Below, piece by piece: positions 23,922-35,687 of a stretch of DNA of 64,000 bases. A program made the translations under genes and the position numbers. Where the stretch lies: positions 2,790,001-2,854,000 of the forward strand of contig OZ287071.1 in the NCBI GenBank assembly GCA_965645245.1, given 5' to 3'. The DNA comes from Massalongia carnosa (lineage: Eukaryota). Under the pieces are notes generated by a model. That model saw only the letters and a list, made by a program, of their open reading frames with translations, ran no database searches and had not been told where the DNA came from. Within the stretch, counting starts at the first letter, position 1, and each line of letters begins with the position of its first letter.

Positions 23922-24433
23922 GCAGGACAAGGCCTGATGACATATTCAAACGTCAAAATGAAATCAAATCAATACCGTCTGAAAGCTAGTTGAATCTTGC
24001 TAGCAATGGTGGCATTGAAATTCTATCGTTCAGCTGAGAGGGAACTTGAAGGTAAGGGGCGCAGGGGCGCAAGGTGTACGGCGGAAGTTTCAATTTCTTG
24101 GCATCTTGTCTCGCTGTGCCAAATCGGATCTAATAGGAATTGAAAGAGAGTAGGGATTAAAAGGGAGTAGTGATTGAAAAGGGATAGAGACTAAAAAGCC
24201 CCAGTCATTTTAAAGCCTTGGGCATTTTTTCTGACTGAAGATATCATGTTTCACAGGAGTTTAATATCGTTTTTTGATATTGCTACTATTGTACATAACG
24301 GTCTAGATAGTGGCCCTAAGGATAAAACCATTATCTCTGACTTTATGTGTGTTGCGACGAGATGCTCTCCATCTATAACGCGGTACATGTATGATTTAGG
24401 CTGCCATGTTAGATGAATATTAGATGGAGGCAG

Positions 24434-24631
24434 CTATCCTTCGTAAGAATACAGTGATTGATAGGTAAGGTCAGCATACGCACGATTGCCCCCGAAGTGA
24501 GCGACCCAAGTCTGACCTGTCCATGGCCGATGATCTGGTCTATGATGATGAGTCTTTAGACAGAAGGGACATTGTACGTATACTCCTAGGCTATTCCATC
24601 CGGTCGCTGTTGCAAATGGTACGGTAGCCAT
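24434..24631 (-). pseudogene. Possible 5' fragment of an unknown gene with a CPFC..HHH motif
   Basis: MATVPFATATGWNSLGVYVQCPFCLKTHHHR; short, no continuation resolved. Confidence 0.25.
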
Positions 24632-25292
24632 GATTTTGAAGACGGGATGTTGCGAGGGAGTAGAGGAGCCGAAATTGGGAGCTAGAGCGATACGAGAGTT
24701 GATGCTGATGATGACGCAGCAGTCATAGGCTACAAGGAGCGAAGAACCCATAAGAACCCGAGATGGTCATGAGACTTACCATTCGACGCATCGAAAACAG
24801 CAGAAGGGTATGGAATTAGTCAAGCTCGATGCCGAACCGAAGCTTTTCTATGGGGAGGCAACTTATTATGGCCGCTAGTAAGGCGGTGACCTTAAAGGAA
24901 TTTATGTAACCAATCTGCACGCAAAGGCCGAATGACAGTCAAGTGGGCGTCTTGTGAACTAACTCCGCAAGGTTCTGCAAGTGTATTGTGCTTGTCAAAA
25001 CATCTTGACACCTTGGATGAGGGCATGCGATCGGATGACCGTCTTGGTGATGACGAAGGTGTTTACAATGAAAGTGCTTTTTCAGATCGTAGCGGATGTG
25101 GAAAGACTTCAGACGTGTCTCGGTGGATAGCGCTACACAGCCGAGGCAAAAGATACATTGAGTGGGTTCGCATTCAATCGGGATGGAGTCTGAAAGAGAG
25201 GCTGGATCGAGGACAGATGGTGGTGTTAGACGCCTTCCTTGACGACCGACGTGGACGCTTGCCTTCCTGCAAGCGACAAAGGGCTGTCAAAG

Positions 25293-25592
25293 TGTTGGAA
25301 CTGTGACTGCAACAGGCGGAATGGTAGGTAAGTGATATGACTAGTTCGACAAACGAGTTCTTGCACATGCAAAACAAACTGGGAGAAACGATTGACTTTC
25401 TACCACTACGTAGGGTAAAACTGCTCCTATTTATGCCCGTCCACCAGCGATTCCAGAAGCTTCCATTTCCATCTCATCGGTTCCCGCTTCCGAAGCGATT
25501 TCTGACTTACAAATTTGCCACCGCCACAAGCCTTTCCTTGCCGAGGTAGATGCAAATTGCTTTGTCAGCTGGTTTCGGTACTTGGCATCGGT
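25293..25592 (-). repeat. Second copy of the LTR at 240, truncated by an Academ TIR ~13 bp before its end
   Basis: Colinear with 240-500 joined to 12393-12441, with scattered differences. Left flank CAAAG differs from copy 1. Confidence 0.88.
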
Positions 25593-25682
25593 TTGCCTCA
25601 GTACCTCGTGCGTGGCTCTATGAGCCGGCTAAGCCCCTCCGGGTTAGCCTATTTCGCTAATCCCCTTCAGGTTAGCGTCGCT
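25593..25682 (+). repeat. Third Academ TIR (left orientation); no partner seen in the window
   Basis: TTGCCTCAGTACCTCGTGCGTGGCTCTATGAGCCGGCTAAGCCCCTCCGGGTTAGC...GTTAGCGTCGCT matches 501-595 with small indels. Confidence 0.9.
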
Positions 25683-25847
25683 ATAATTCCGCGCCATCCC
25701 AAACTCATCACTCGATGAAATATGGCTTGGAAAAATGGCTATAGGTGACTCTAGGTCCAGTCGCTAACTTTAAGTTATAGAAGGTATCGGGAAATCGGTT
25801 CTCACGTGCGTGCACTTCTTGTATTTCACAAAAGTAACTGAATCTCA

Positions 25848-28800
25848 TGTTGAAGTGAATTGTTGATCACTATAGTGCATGTACGAATATTTAGAAGGAA
25901 TAGTTTTGATTAATTCTATCGTGGGTGCTTTTGAGCACCCACATCGGCTAAACTACCCTAGGCCCATTCCGGCCAAGCAGTCACCAACTGCCTGACACTT
26001 GTCCGTTAGGCTAATGTTTAGCGTAACATCAACACTCCCACTCAGGCATGGTGTCTGCCTTGGTTGATGCTATTCAGAAATTGCCCTGCCCTACCTCATG
26101 CCCATCATGGCCCTAAAGGCCTGGAACCTTGCTGGTGGTAGCGGCTTTGTCATCCCATCTGCTATCATTTCATTCGTTGAAATGTATGTGATGATTATCT
26201 TTCGGTCTAGTACAACTTCCCTTATCCAATGATGTCGTACGTCAATATGCTTTGTTCGTTTATGGAACTCTGGGTTAGCGGTAAGGTCAATCGCCCCCTT
26301 GTTGTCTGCTCGGAGGTCTGCTGGTTGGTCAGGTCGTCTGTGCCCGAGGGCCTCGAGGAAGCGAGAGCACCATAAGGCCTCCTTCCCTGCTTCAGTGATC
26401 GCCATATACTCAGCTTCGCATGAAGACAGAGCGACGGTCGGTTGTTGTTTTGATTGGTGAGAAATTGGACAGCCCGAAAGCATCCAAACGTACCCACCGG
26501 TCGACTTTCTTCCATCTACGGTCCCCGCCCAATCAGAGTCAGTGTATCCGATTAGTTCATCCGGAGAGTCAGCCGAAAATGTCAGTCCTATGGTCAGTGT
26601 CCCTGCTAAATAGCGGAAGATTTGTTTGACTAGCTGTATGTGGGTGGGTCCGGGGTTGCTGCAATAGCGGCTGAGGACTCCCACAGAATAAGAGATGTCG
26701 GGTCGGGTGTGGACTGCTGGCCACATCAGTGACCCAATTGCTGACTGATACCAGGCCACAGTGGCTTTGTCCGCCACCTGTTTTGAGGGTAGAAGGGAGC
26801 TTGCTACTCCCGGATCCATTGGTATGGAGGATTGCTTGCAGTCGGTCATTCCGAAACGGTCCAGAACCTTTTTGAGGTAGGTTGTTTGACGAAGGATTAT
26901 TGTTTTTCCAACGTCAACGTCAATTTCCATTCCTAAATAGTGAGAGACGTCACCCAGGTTCGTCATTTTGAACCGATCAGATAGTTGTTTTTGTATGAAC
27001 TCGAGGCGGGGTATGTCTGCCCCAAAGAGTAGTAGGTCGTCCACATATATCGCTATGAATTGCTTCTTGTCATCAGAAACAAACACTCCATGATCAAGTT
27101 CCAAGCGATGAAATCCTAGTTTCTTCAGGAAATCAACAAGGGTCTGGTACCACACTTGTGGTGATTGTTTCAGTCCATAAAGTGCTTTGATCAGCTTACA
27201 AACTAGGTGCGGTGTCGGGTTGAATAAATGAGGTTGTTCGACAAATATCAGTTCATCCAGATATCCATAGAGAAAAGCGGTCACAACATCCATATGACGA
27301 ATGGTAAATCCACGTTTAACTCCTACACCCATCATGGCCTTATATGACATGGGCTTGACTACTGCAGCGAAGGTGTCGATGTAGTCTAGACCTTCTTCCT
27401 GCTTGTAGCCATGAACCACCCATCGTGCTTTGTATTTTAGGATATTTCCATGTCGATCCTTTTTCAGTTTGAACACCCACCGTCCGGTGATTACCCGTCG
27501 GTCTTTTGGTGCTTCGGTCAACTCCCACGTGCCATTTTCGGTATGAGATTCAATTTCGGCCTTCATGGCCTCCATCCATTTGGGCCAATCAGGCCTAGCC
27601 ATAGCCTCTTTGAGCGAGAAGGGTTCGTCTGGCCCTTCATTATCAATGTTGTTTGCAAGCATGGTTAGTGCCTTCATCATATGTATGTGGGATTTTGCCA
27701 CGTTTTTGCTAGTGAAGTTAGTTCGTTTCGGTAGCCTACCTGGTCCATAAAAAATTTCATCAGGATATTGTGCTCGTTTGACTGGTGCCCGCTTGGACCT
27801 TCTCAATGGAACATGGTCAGAGGTGGAAGAATTGTGGCCTTCCGAGGCCTCGGGGGTCTCGGGGTCGGTGGCCTCGGCCTCGTGGTTGGTGGCCTTGGGG
27901 TCGTGGGTCAGACTATCATAGGGACTATCATAATTTCCCCCTCCATAATTTTCTTCGACATTTCTCCCTTCTGGCCTTGTTTGTTGTGAATCTCCCACTG
28001 AATTTTGGTGTGAATGTTCCGTGTTTGGAGGAGAATCGGGGGGTGTAGGTAGGTGAGGTTTATTTGACCAAGGGGTGTAATAGTCCTCGGGTTTGTTATT
28101 TCCCTCGTCGTCAAAATCGTCTGGATTTCCGAACTGATCATCGTCTGTTTGTGCCCATTCGTCATCAACAAGCTCGTTTGATTTGTAGGCTTTCCGGTCA
28201 AATAGGTTCTTTTCATCAATAGTTACGTCTCTAGTAACATGAACTTTGCCTGTGCAGGGGTCATATATCCGGTACTGATTGGTGCCTTCATAGCCCACAT
28301 GGATGCCCTGCCAGGACCGTTCGTCTAGCTTCTTTCGTTTTTCCTTGGGAATATGAACCCAAGCACGTGCACCCAACACTCTTAGATGACCGAGGTTAGG
28401 CTTTTTGTTGTTTAGTTTCTCATATGGTGTCACCCCGTCCGTGTTAGGACTTCTGTTCTTCAGATAACACACTGCTTTGATGATTTCAGGCCATAGGCCC
28501 TTCGGTAATTTCATTGCTGATAAGATGGACCGGACTGAACTCATCAGAGTATAATTCAGTCGCTCGGCTTTTCCATTTTGTTCGGGTGTGTATGGGGCAC
28601 TGCATTTCCATCTGATGTGTTGTTTCTTAAGATAGTCCTGAAAGGCTTCATTGTCATATTCACCTCCCCCATCCGAATGGAGTGCTCCCATCTGCATGCC
28701 AGTTTCCTGAGACGTCCATTCGATATATTCCTTTGCCTTCTCAAAGGCCTGGCTCTTTAGCTTCATTGGATAAACATGGTACGTTCCAGTGGCATCGTCT

Positions 28801-30953
28801 TTGAAAGATATGTAGTATTGTAACCCGTTTCTGGAGGCCGGGTATGGGCCTCCCAAATCACTATGGACCTCTTCCAGGAATTTTGAAGCTCGGGGCATGG
28901 GAGTTCGTGACGGCTTACGTTGCTGTCTACCCTTCATGCATGGCCCACAAATTTCCTCTGGGACCGGCCCTTTCACCTCAATTCCTTCAGCTATTTTCGG
29001 AAGTTTTAGGATGTTTCGATAACCAAGGTGGCCCATTCTTTGATGCCAAATTTCAATGGTTGGTTTGATTGCATTCACTACTGGTTTAGTGTTTGCGAAG
29101 TTCGTCATGGCCTCCGAGGTTTTAATTCGAAGCACATATTGTCGATTGATAACGTCAGCTAGTCCGTGGATATTGTTCTCATGAATTAATTGGGTAGGAA
29201 CATCCGTACGTCTCAGGAACACCTCAACACCTTTCATTGCAAGGGGAACGGTGCTCAGTAAGTTGTGGCCTAGGGCAGGTGCCCAGCTTACATCTTTTAC
29301 TGTCAGGACATTTATTGATCCGTCTTCCTGGACCATGTTTAGGACTACGTCACCATACCCGAAGGCAGGAAGAACTTGCCCCGAGCCCGTTTGGAACTCA
29401 TGGTAGTACTCAGTGTAGGTGGTAAAAAAGCCTCGGTTTGAGAAGAAATGGTCGGTGGCCCCAGAGTCTATGATTACGTAGGGGTTTGGTTTTGGAATGA
29501 CTGCGGCCACTGACTTACACGTCAAATGAATGGCCCCCATTCCTTTCTTCTCTTCGACCTCATTGGTCGGTGTGATCGGTATGATCTTTCTGATAAAGCA
29601 AGATAGCCCTTTGGTGGTTGCCTCTGGGGTGGTCGCCTCACTTTCCTGGTTCGTCTTGTTCTTTTTACAGAACTTCTTGATGTGGCCACGTTTACCACAC
29701 CCATTACACTCCGCTTTGTCCATCCAGCAATCACCTTTTCCATGCGTTTTCTTGCACCTGGTGCAGACATATGTGTCTTTGCTGTCGGAAGTGTTATTGG
29801 AGTTGGAGTTGGAGTTCTCCCCCGGCTTTTTCTTTTTACCGGAGTCCCCACCTTTCTTTCCTTTCTGCGTGTAGTTCGCGGTTGCTTTGTCCTGATTGGC
29901 TAGTCGTAACTCTTCATCCTCCAAGGCCTTTGCTAGGACCTCGAGTGTTGGAAGTTCTGCTTTCTCCCTCGACTCATGGCTGAGGATGGCCAGGTAGGAC
30001 TTGAACTGAGTGTCTAATGAATTTAGGGTATGAATTATGACCGCCTCGTCCATGGTTATTTTTAGGTCACTTATTTCAGAATTAATGTCCCTAATTTTAC
30101 TGATGAACTCGGCCACGTTCTTGCAGTCCCGTTGGTGGATGGAGTGCAACTTTCCGAGTGTATTCCATTTTGATGCCCAATTTTGTAACGTGTATCGCGA
30201 TTGTAGGTGGTCCCATAGCTCTTTTGGAGTCCATCTAGCGAGTGTGTTTTTGGATAGGAATTCTTTCTGGACGGTCTCGGTGCACATTCGCCCAATTTTT
30301 GCTACCGTACGGCGCGAGTCATCGTTGAAGTCTTTGATTTTTAGGGACCGCTGGTAAATTCGTTCGGCCCTTTCTTCATCATCATTTGTGGTCGCTACCA
30401 ATGTTGGAGGTGGAATAGCCGTTCCTAGAACATGGTCCCATAGCTTAGCTTCCTCCAACGCAAAAGACATGTCGCGAGTCCATTGCTTGTAATTGGTTGA
30501 ACCGGTCAGCTTTTTAAAGCTATAATCATACTTTGCATCAGATCCCATGGCTGCGGTACTGAAATATGATTGGTTCGGTCGGGTCTGGTCGATCTGGTGC
30601 GTCTGCACCGTTTGGTGGGGGGTCGAAGCAAAAGTTGACTGGCTGGTCGACTATTTGCTTGTTTGGGGTCGCAGGAACGCTGACTGGTTGGTCAGTTACC
30701 TGATTAGAATATATTCGTAGTGACTATATAATTGTAATGCAGGTACGCATCCGGGTTCTCATAACCTGTTGAAGTGAATTGTTGATCACTATAGTGCATG
30801 TACGAATATTTAGAAGGAATAGTTTTGATTAATTCTATCGTGGGTGCTTTTGAGCACCCACATCGGCTAAACTACCCTAGGCCCATTCCGGCCAAGCAGT
30901 CACCAACTGCCTGACACTTGTCCGTTAGGCTAATGTTTAGCGTAACATCAACA
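25848..30953 (-). mobile_element. Intact Ty1/copia LTR retrotransposon
   Basis: 187-bp LTRs 25848-26034 and 30767-30953, no differences seen. TSD TCTCA. PBS GGTTATGAG. One long open ORF. Confidence 0.97.
26091..30608 (-). CDS. Copia Gag-Pol polyprotein (likely ATG ~30549)
   Basis: Two zinc knuckles, IDSGATDH, WHQRMGH..C..C, HSD..SDGGGEY..NGKAER, YVDD, YTDSDW..SSCEAEY..TKHID. Confidence 0.96.
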   Translation of the reverse strand: MQTHQIDQTRPNQSYFSTAAMGSDAKYDYSFKKLTGSTNYKQWTRDMSFALEEAKLWDHVLGTAIPPPTLVATTNDDEERAERIYQRSLKIKDFNDDSRRTVAKIGRMCTETVQKEFLSKNTLARWTPKELWDHLQSRYTLQNWASKWNTLGKLHSIHQRDCKNVAEFISKIRDINSEISDLKITMDEAVIIHTLNSLDTQFKSYLAILSHESREKAELPTLEVLAKALEDEELRLANQDKATANYTQKGKKGGDSGKKKKPGENSNSNSNNTSDSKDTYVCTRCKKTHGKGDCWMDKAECNGCGKRGHIKKFCKKNKTNQESEATTPEATTKGLSCFIRKIIPITPTNEVEEKKGMGAIHLTCKSVAAVIPKPNPYVIIDSGATDHFFSNRGFFTTYTEYYHEFQTGSGQVLPAFGYGDVVLNMVQEDGSINVLTVKDVSWAPALGHNLLSTVPLAMKGVEVFLRRTDVPTQLIHENNIHGLADVINRQYVLRIKTSEAMTNFANTKPVVNAIKPTIEIWHQRMGHLGYRNILKLPKIAEGIEVKGPVPEEICGPCMKGRQQRKPSRTPMPRASKFLEEVHSDLGGPYPASRNGLQYYISFKDDATGTYHVYPMKLKSQAFEKAKEYIEWTSQETGMQMGALHSDGGGEYDNEAFQDYLKKQHIRWKCSAPYTPEQNGKAERLNYTLMSSVRSILSAMKLPKGLWPEIIKAVCYLKNRSPNTDGVTPYEKLNNKKPNLGHLRVLGARAWVHIPKEKRKKLDERSWQGIHVGYEGTNQYRIYDPCTGKVHVTRDVTIDEKNLFDRKAYKSNELVDDEWAQTDDDQFGNPDDFDDEGNNKPEDYYTPWSNKPHLPTPPDSPPNTEHSHQNSVGDSQQTRPEGRNVEENYGGGNYDSPYDSLTHDPKATNHEAEATDPETPEASEGHNSSTSDHVPLRRSKRAPVKRAQYPDEIFYGPGRLPKRTNFTSKNVAKSHIHMMKALTMLANNIDNEGPDEPFSLKEAMARPDWPKWMEAMKAEIESHTENGTWELTEAPKDRRVITGRWVFKLKKDRHGNILKYKARWVVHGYKQEEGLDYIDTFAAVVKPMSYKAMMGVGVKRGFTIRHMDVVTAFLYGYLDELIFVEQPHLFNPTPHLVCKLIKALYGLKQSPQVWYQTLVDFLKKLGFHRLELDHGVFVSDDKKQFIAIYVDDLLLFGADIPRLEFIQKQLSDRFKMTNLGDVSHYLGMEIDVDVGKTIILRQTTYLKKVLDRFGMTDCKQSSIPMDPGVASSLLPSKQVADKATVAWYQSAIGSLMWPAVHTRPDISYSVGVLSRYCSNPGPTHIQLVKQIFRYLAGTLTIGLTFSADSPDELIGYTDSDWAGTVDGRKSTGGYVWMLSGCPISHQSKQQPTVALSSCEAEYMAITEAGKEALWCSRFLEALGHRRPDQPADLRADNKGAIDLTANPEFHKRTKHIDVRHHWIREVVLDRKIIITYISTNEMIADGMTKPLPPARFQAFRAMMGMR

Positions 30954-31301
30954 TCTCATACAGCCCAGATCCCTTGTCATTGATTCTCTACAGAAAGCAA
31001 CAAGGAGCAAAGACGTAGGCCTTGCGTATATCTACTGCAGCTACAAAGAAAGGCAAAGGCAATCATCAAGCAATCTAACAGCAAGCCTCCTGCAGCAGTT
31101 GCTCATGCAACAACGCGACATACCCAACAATGTAATAGCTCTTTACGAACGGCACACCAGGATCAAGACTCGGCCATTGCTGAATGAGTATCTACAACAT
31201 CTTCGAGCTGTTATCGACGACTTTTCACGAGTCTATATCATAATCGATAGCCTAGACGAATGTTCAGAAGTAAATTCAACACGAAGCAGTTTTCTTGCTG
31301 G

Positions 31302-31418
31302 TGTGACGAAGCGAGATAGTGAATAGATTTCTACCATTGCGCTACCTGTCCTTCCCGACCAAAAGGCACAATACTTAGTCCGCAGACCAAGCTCTATTCT
31401 ACTATAACTGGGACTCCT
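31302..31418. repeat. Probable LTR stub that truncates the NACHT gene and is itself cut by the next copia
   Basis: The NACHT frame breaks at TGTGACG; no second copy seen. Confidence 0.45.
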
Positions 31419-32125
31419 TATCAAGCTGTATGGGCTAATGTGGAATATGGGTGAAAAGGAGTGGTGTGTATTGATCTATTGGAGGTCTAGGCTAGCTAAC
31501 TGAGGGATATCTCATAGGGGTTCGTGGGTCATGTAACCCATGGCGGGTCATGTGACCCCTAATCGCCTGACACACCCCCCCAGCTTTGACCAAAGCTGCC
31601 ATGACCGAAAAACCTATATTAGGTGGGGGTTTCCATGTTTTTCCTTGATTTCTAGTGATTTGGGCCGATTCAATTTGTGGCCGTATTTCCCTTCTTCTGA
31701 TTGGCCAATTTCTTTTGATTGTTGACCAGGTCCATGACATTGACTAGCCCTAATAGCTTGACGAAATGTTGATGCTTTTGAGGAGGTAGGATCTTGGTTA
31801 AACCATCTGCGACCATCTGATTGGTCGGCACATAGTCAACACATAATTCCCCCCTTTGCACAGATTGCCTAAGCCAGCATTGGGCGACGTCTATATGCCT
31901 CAATTTAGTGTCAGTTCTTCCCATTTCGGAGGTTAAAATGCGAATTGTCTGTAGGTTATCGTTATAGATAACTATATCTTGATCCGGGTTAAACTGTAGC
32001 TTTTCAAATAGATGTATCCACCATATGAGCTCTTTACCCGCATGAAGCATAGAAAATAACTCGGCCTCAGTGGTTGACGTGGTCACGGTAAGTTGCTTCC
32101 TAGCGGCCCAGTCAATCATCCCACC

Positions 32126-33155
32126 TGTAATGGGCTACGAGACCAGTAAGCTTATCACGAGCGACACTGATCTCGAAAGGGGAAATGCTCAGCGTGAGAG
32201 GAGGAAGATAGCTACTACGTGCTAGTCTCCGAGAGTATACGTGATCCAAAGAACTAATGGATGTGGAAGTGCTTAGACCAAGAGATCTCGTCCGAGACCC
32301 AAACGTAGGTTGTTCATAGAATAAAGACTAATTGCTAACGAATACTACAAGATTCGTTCTGATATTTATCCTACTCACCCCAAGCCTATAGCCTTGGGAG
32401 CCTTGGAACCTTAGGAGCCTTGCAAGCCTTGGGAGTCTTGCGAGCATTACAGCCTTGCAATCCACATCCGACTTTATCGCATTACATCCAACCATCCCTC
32501 AGGATCCATCCACGAACTCGGCGTTCGCTGGATCATCTAGTCAGCCTCGAGCAGCCTTCTAGACCTTCCCTTGCAAGGTAGAACAATTCTACCCCCGGCT
32601 AGATCCCTCACTACATGCCTCAGGCTATGTAGCTTCATTTCGCCGTCACCACTACCTAGTGATGGAAGGTTACCTCCGACTGAATACCTCGCTACACTGC
32701 GGACCTGCCTCTAAACACAAGGTCTAGACAACGAGGTCATGTAGGTTCATTCAGCCGACATCACTACCAACGTAGTAATAAAGGTTGAAGCTGAAGTTTA
32801 CACCGGGGAGCCTAGCTCAAGCTGCGTCCAGCGAGCCGTGCCTCCTGCTACCTCTCTTGATCCATCAAGAGATCTAGTAGCTCCGAGTAGGCTAGTAGAT
32901 CCCATATAGAGTTCCTTGGCGTCTCCACAGGAGTCCGCCTTACACTCCATGGCAATCTACCACCACGGCCTCGACAGGTGTTTGATCTGTAAGTAGTCAA
33001 GAACGTGATAACAATAACTCCGAAGTTTCGGGGCAAGATGGCAGTGTGTCAGCCTCGACGGCTTATGCGACTTCGTACTACGGCATGGTCCACGCTAGTT
33101 AATCCCGCAACCGCCATAGACGATCACGTATCCCTCTAGCGCCATCCGTATTACA
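32126..33155 (+). repeat. Solo LTR, 1030 bp, same family as the gypsy at 12988
   Basis: TGTAAT...ATTACA with TSD CCACC; splits copia RNase H (FKLFGG|MIDWAARK). Confidence 0.92.
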
Positions 33156-35687
33156 CCACCAAATAGCTTGAATGTATAGCCCTCGGAGCTTTTCCTATCT
33201 GGGTTATTTGCATAGGATGCATCAGCCGTTGCCTCAAAAACCTGCTTATTAGCCGGAACCGGTCCATGATTTGCCATAGTAGTGATTTCACCGCCCCTTT
33301 TGGCCGAGTACTGGATTCCCAGATATTTCGACCCATATAATAACGTAGGCAATGGTCTGCAGCCCTCATATGACTAGCTCCCGGGTTGGTCAGATATTCA
33401 GCTAATTTTGAAGCTGATTTTGCTATATCTGGCCGAGTCATAATAGCTGGGTAGCATATTGATCCAACTTTCTTCCTATATAAATGCATTCTGGCCGGAT
33501 CCACCTCCCCCTCATATGGCGCCAGTTCTTCATTGAATATAGGCGTTAGAGGTGTTTTAGCCTCCGACTTTTCATCTATGTCATATTCCTTGGCTAATTT
33601 GTTCATATAGGAGTCCTGAATCAAGTGGATCGTCTTTTCTTCTATTTTATGAATGACCCGTACGCCTAGAAAATAGGTTAATGGACCCATATCCCGTATT
33701 TCGATCATCTTCATGAAACGTTGCACATATTCCTCTACTTCGGCTTCTTTTTTGGGCCGATACGCCATTACTATGTCGTCCACATAGAAGAATAGTATGA
33801 TTCCCTCCGTATAGAATAGGCATGGTTCGCCTGGCACCTGTTTTAAACCTAGTTCTATGCACTTGCCTATTAGCATTCGTAGCCATAGAAGGGGTGATTT
33901 TCTTTGACCATATAGCGCTTTTTTCACTTTTAGCACCTTCTTTCTAAGCTTAAAACCATCAGGCAAAAGCAGTAAATAGGCTCGTCATTGTGAGCGTTTA
34001 GAAAGGTGTTAATAGCGTCCAACTGCCTCGTTTTCAGCCCGAATGCAGCAATTAATGCCATTAATGCCCTAAACACCTTGAAGGCTAATGTAGCTGCATA
34101 AACATCTTGAGCATTATCTTGCTGTAGATCACCTCTAACCACTAGACGTGCTTTGAACTTTGCCAAATAGCCGTCCGAATCAGTCTTATAGGTGAAAACC
34201 CATTTGAGGGGCAATATTGGCTGTCTAACCTCATCTTGATCAACTATTTCCCATGTTTCTTTGTGGAAAAGTGCCTCCCATTCAACGTTAGCTGCTTTCA
34301 TGAACTCAGCTACATAGGGATGCCTTAGCAGAGCTCGCCAATGAGATGGGGGGTCGGGCAAATCATCAGTTCGGAGCTGATTAGTCATTCTCGCCGTCCC
34401 CGCCATAAACGCTGTATGAAATTGAGGGAATTTCGACATTACTTCTGCTGACCAAGCTCCATTTGCAGCGTATCTAGGGTTTGGTTTCCTAGTACGTTTT
34501 CCCTCTATAACGTTTGCCTCATTTATCCCATCGCTCCTTTTTCCTGATGATTGCTCTATTTCCGTCACATTGAGGGGCGTTCGGCCCGTTTGCGGGAGTT
34601 GTGGAGGGTCAATTGTTGATGCCCTTACCTTTTTGGGCCTTCTTTTATCTATGGAGACATTAGGGCTGATATCTGGTTCAGGTGTTTCTATTGGCGTTTC
34701 CAGTTGCATGGGCGTTGATGAAACGGGGAGACCTTCTCCCAGCAGGCATTCACTACTGGAAGATGGGATCCACAGGGGCTACACAACGTGATGGTCACAA
34801 TAGAGGTACAAAATAGGTAGGGTCGGGTCAAAGGGTAGACTAAATGCTACCCTTTTGAAGTGCTTGATCATTGATCTATATAGGATAGGACAATCCATAA
34901 CCTAAGCTCTTCTTCCATACCTTGCCCATACTACCTGGTATTTTCGGACTCCGAAATACTTCGGACACCGAAAGACACGGGTAGATAAGACTAGGCAGGT
35001 GAGCTAGGGGAGGTGAGGCGAGGCGAGGGGATACTTCGTGTACTACGAAAACACCTCCATAATAAGTTAAGTCCCCACACTATGCCTAACTGGGTTAGGC
35101 GGGACTTTATTGTCTTGGTGGTTGTTTTGGCTGTACGTATCCCACATAGCCACATAGGCCAGTCTTACGTTCAACGAACGCATACTAGGCCTACCCTATT
35201 ACAACTGCCTCCCTCCTATGGTCGAGTCCCATCCGAGACATGCACTGCAAAAGATAGCCTCATGACGACCTAGGGTGCGTACCTAGACAACTCCATAAAA
35301 ACCCTCTGACCCTTTGGGACAGAGGCAAAAAGGCATCGCTGTCATGACAGGTACGGCCTAGCCGAATGATCCACTGCGCCGACGGTCCCCTTGTGAGTAT
35401 GCAGCCCCTTCCGGCCATTAGGCACCGACTTACATACTCACTGCCAATGCCGCAGCATTGGACTTCTTCGCCTGTCCCTTAGGACCAGACTCGCGGCTTC
35501 TTGCGCGTATGGACCGTCCCAGCCGCGCCAGCGTCATCTATACCTAACTGCCGACGACCCCTCGTGGGACGTCCTAGACGCAGCGGTGTTACCAAGTCGA
35601 CCCCCACTTGCGAGGTTAAAGGCAAAGCCTCATCGACAGGGCCAGGCGGGGAGTCCGGCTGCAGCGCGGAGTACGTCGATTTCTTCG

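Larger units (their letters stand above)
25771..31301 (+). pseudogene. NACHT-domain (fungal NLR) gene fragment with a copia in its intron
   Basis: Mini-exon GIGKSVLT (~25771-25805), intron GTGCGT...CAG containing the copia, then SLVIDSL..VGLAYIYCSYKE..SLLQQL..RVYIIIDSLDEC (Walker B). Cut at 31302. Confidence 0.8.
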
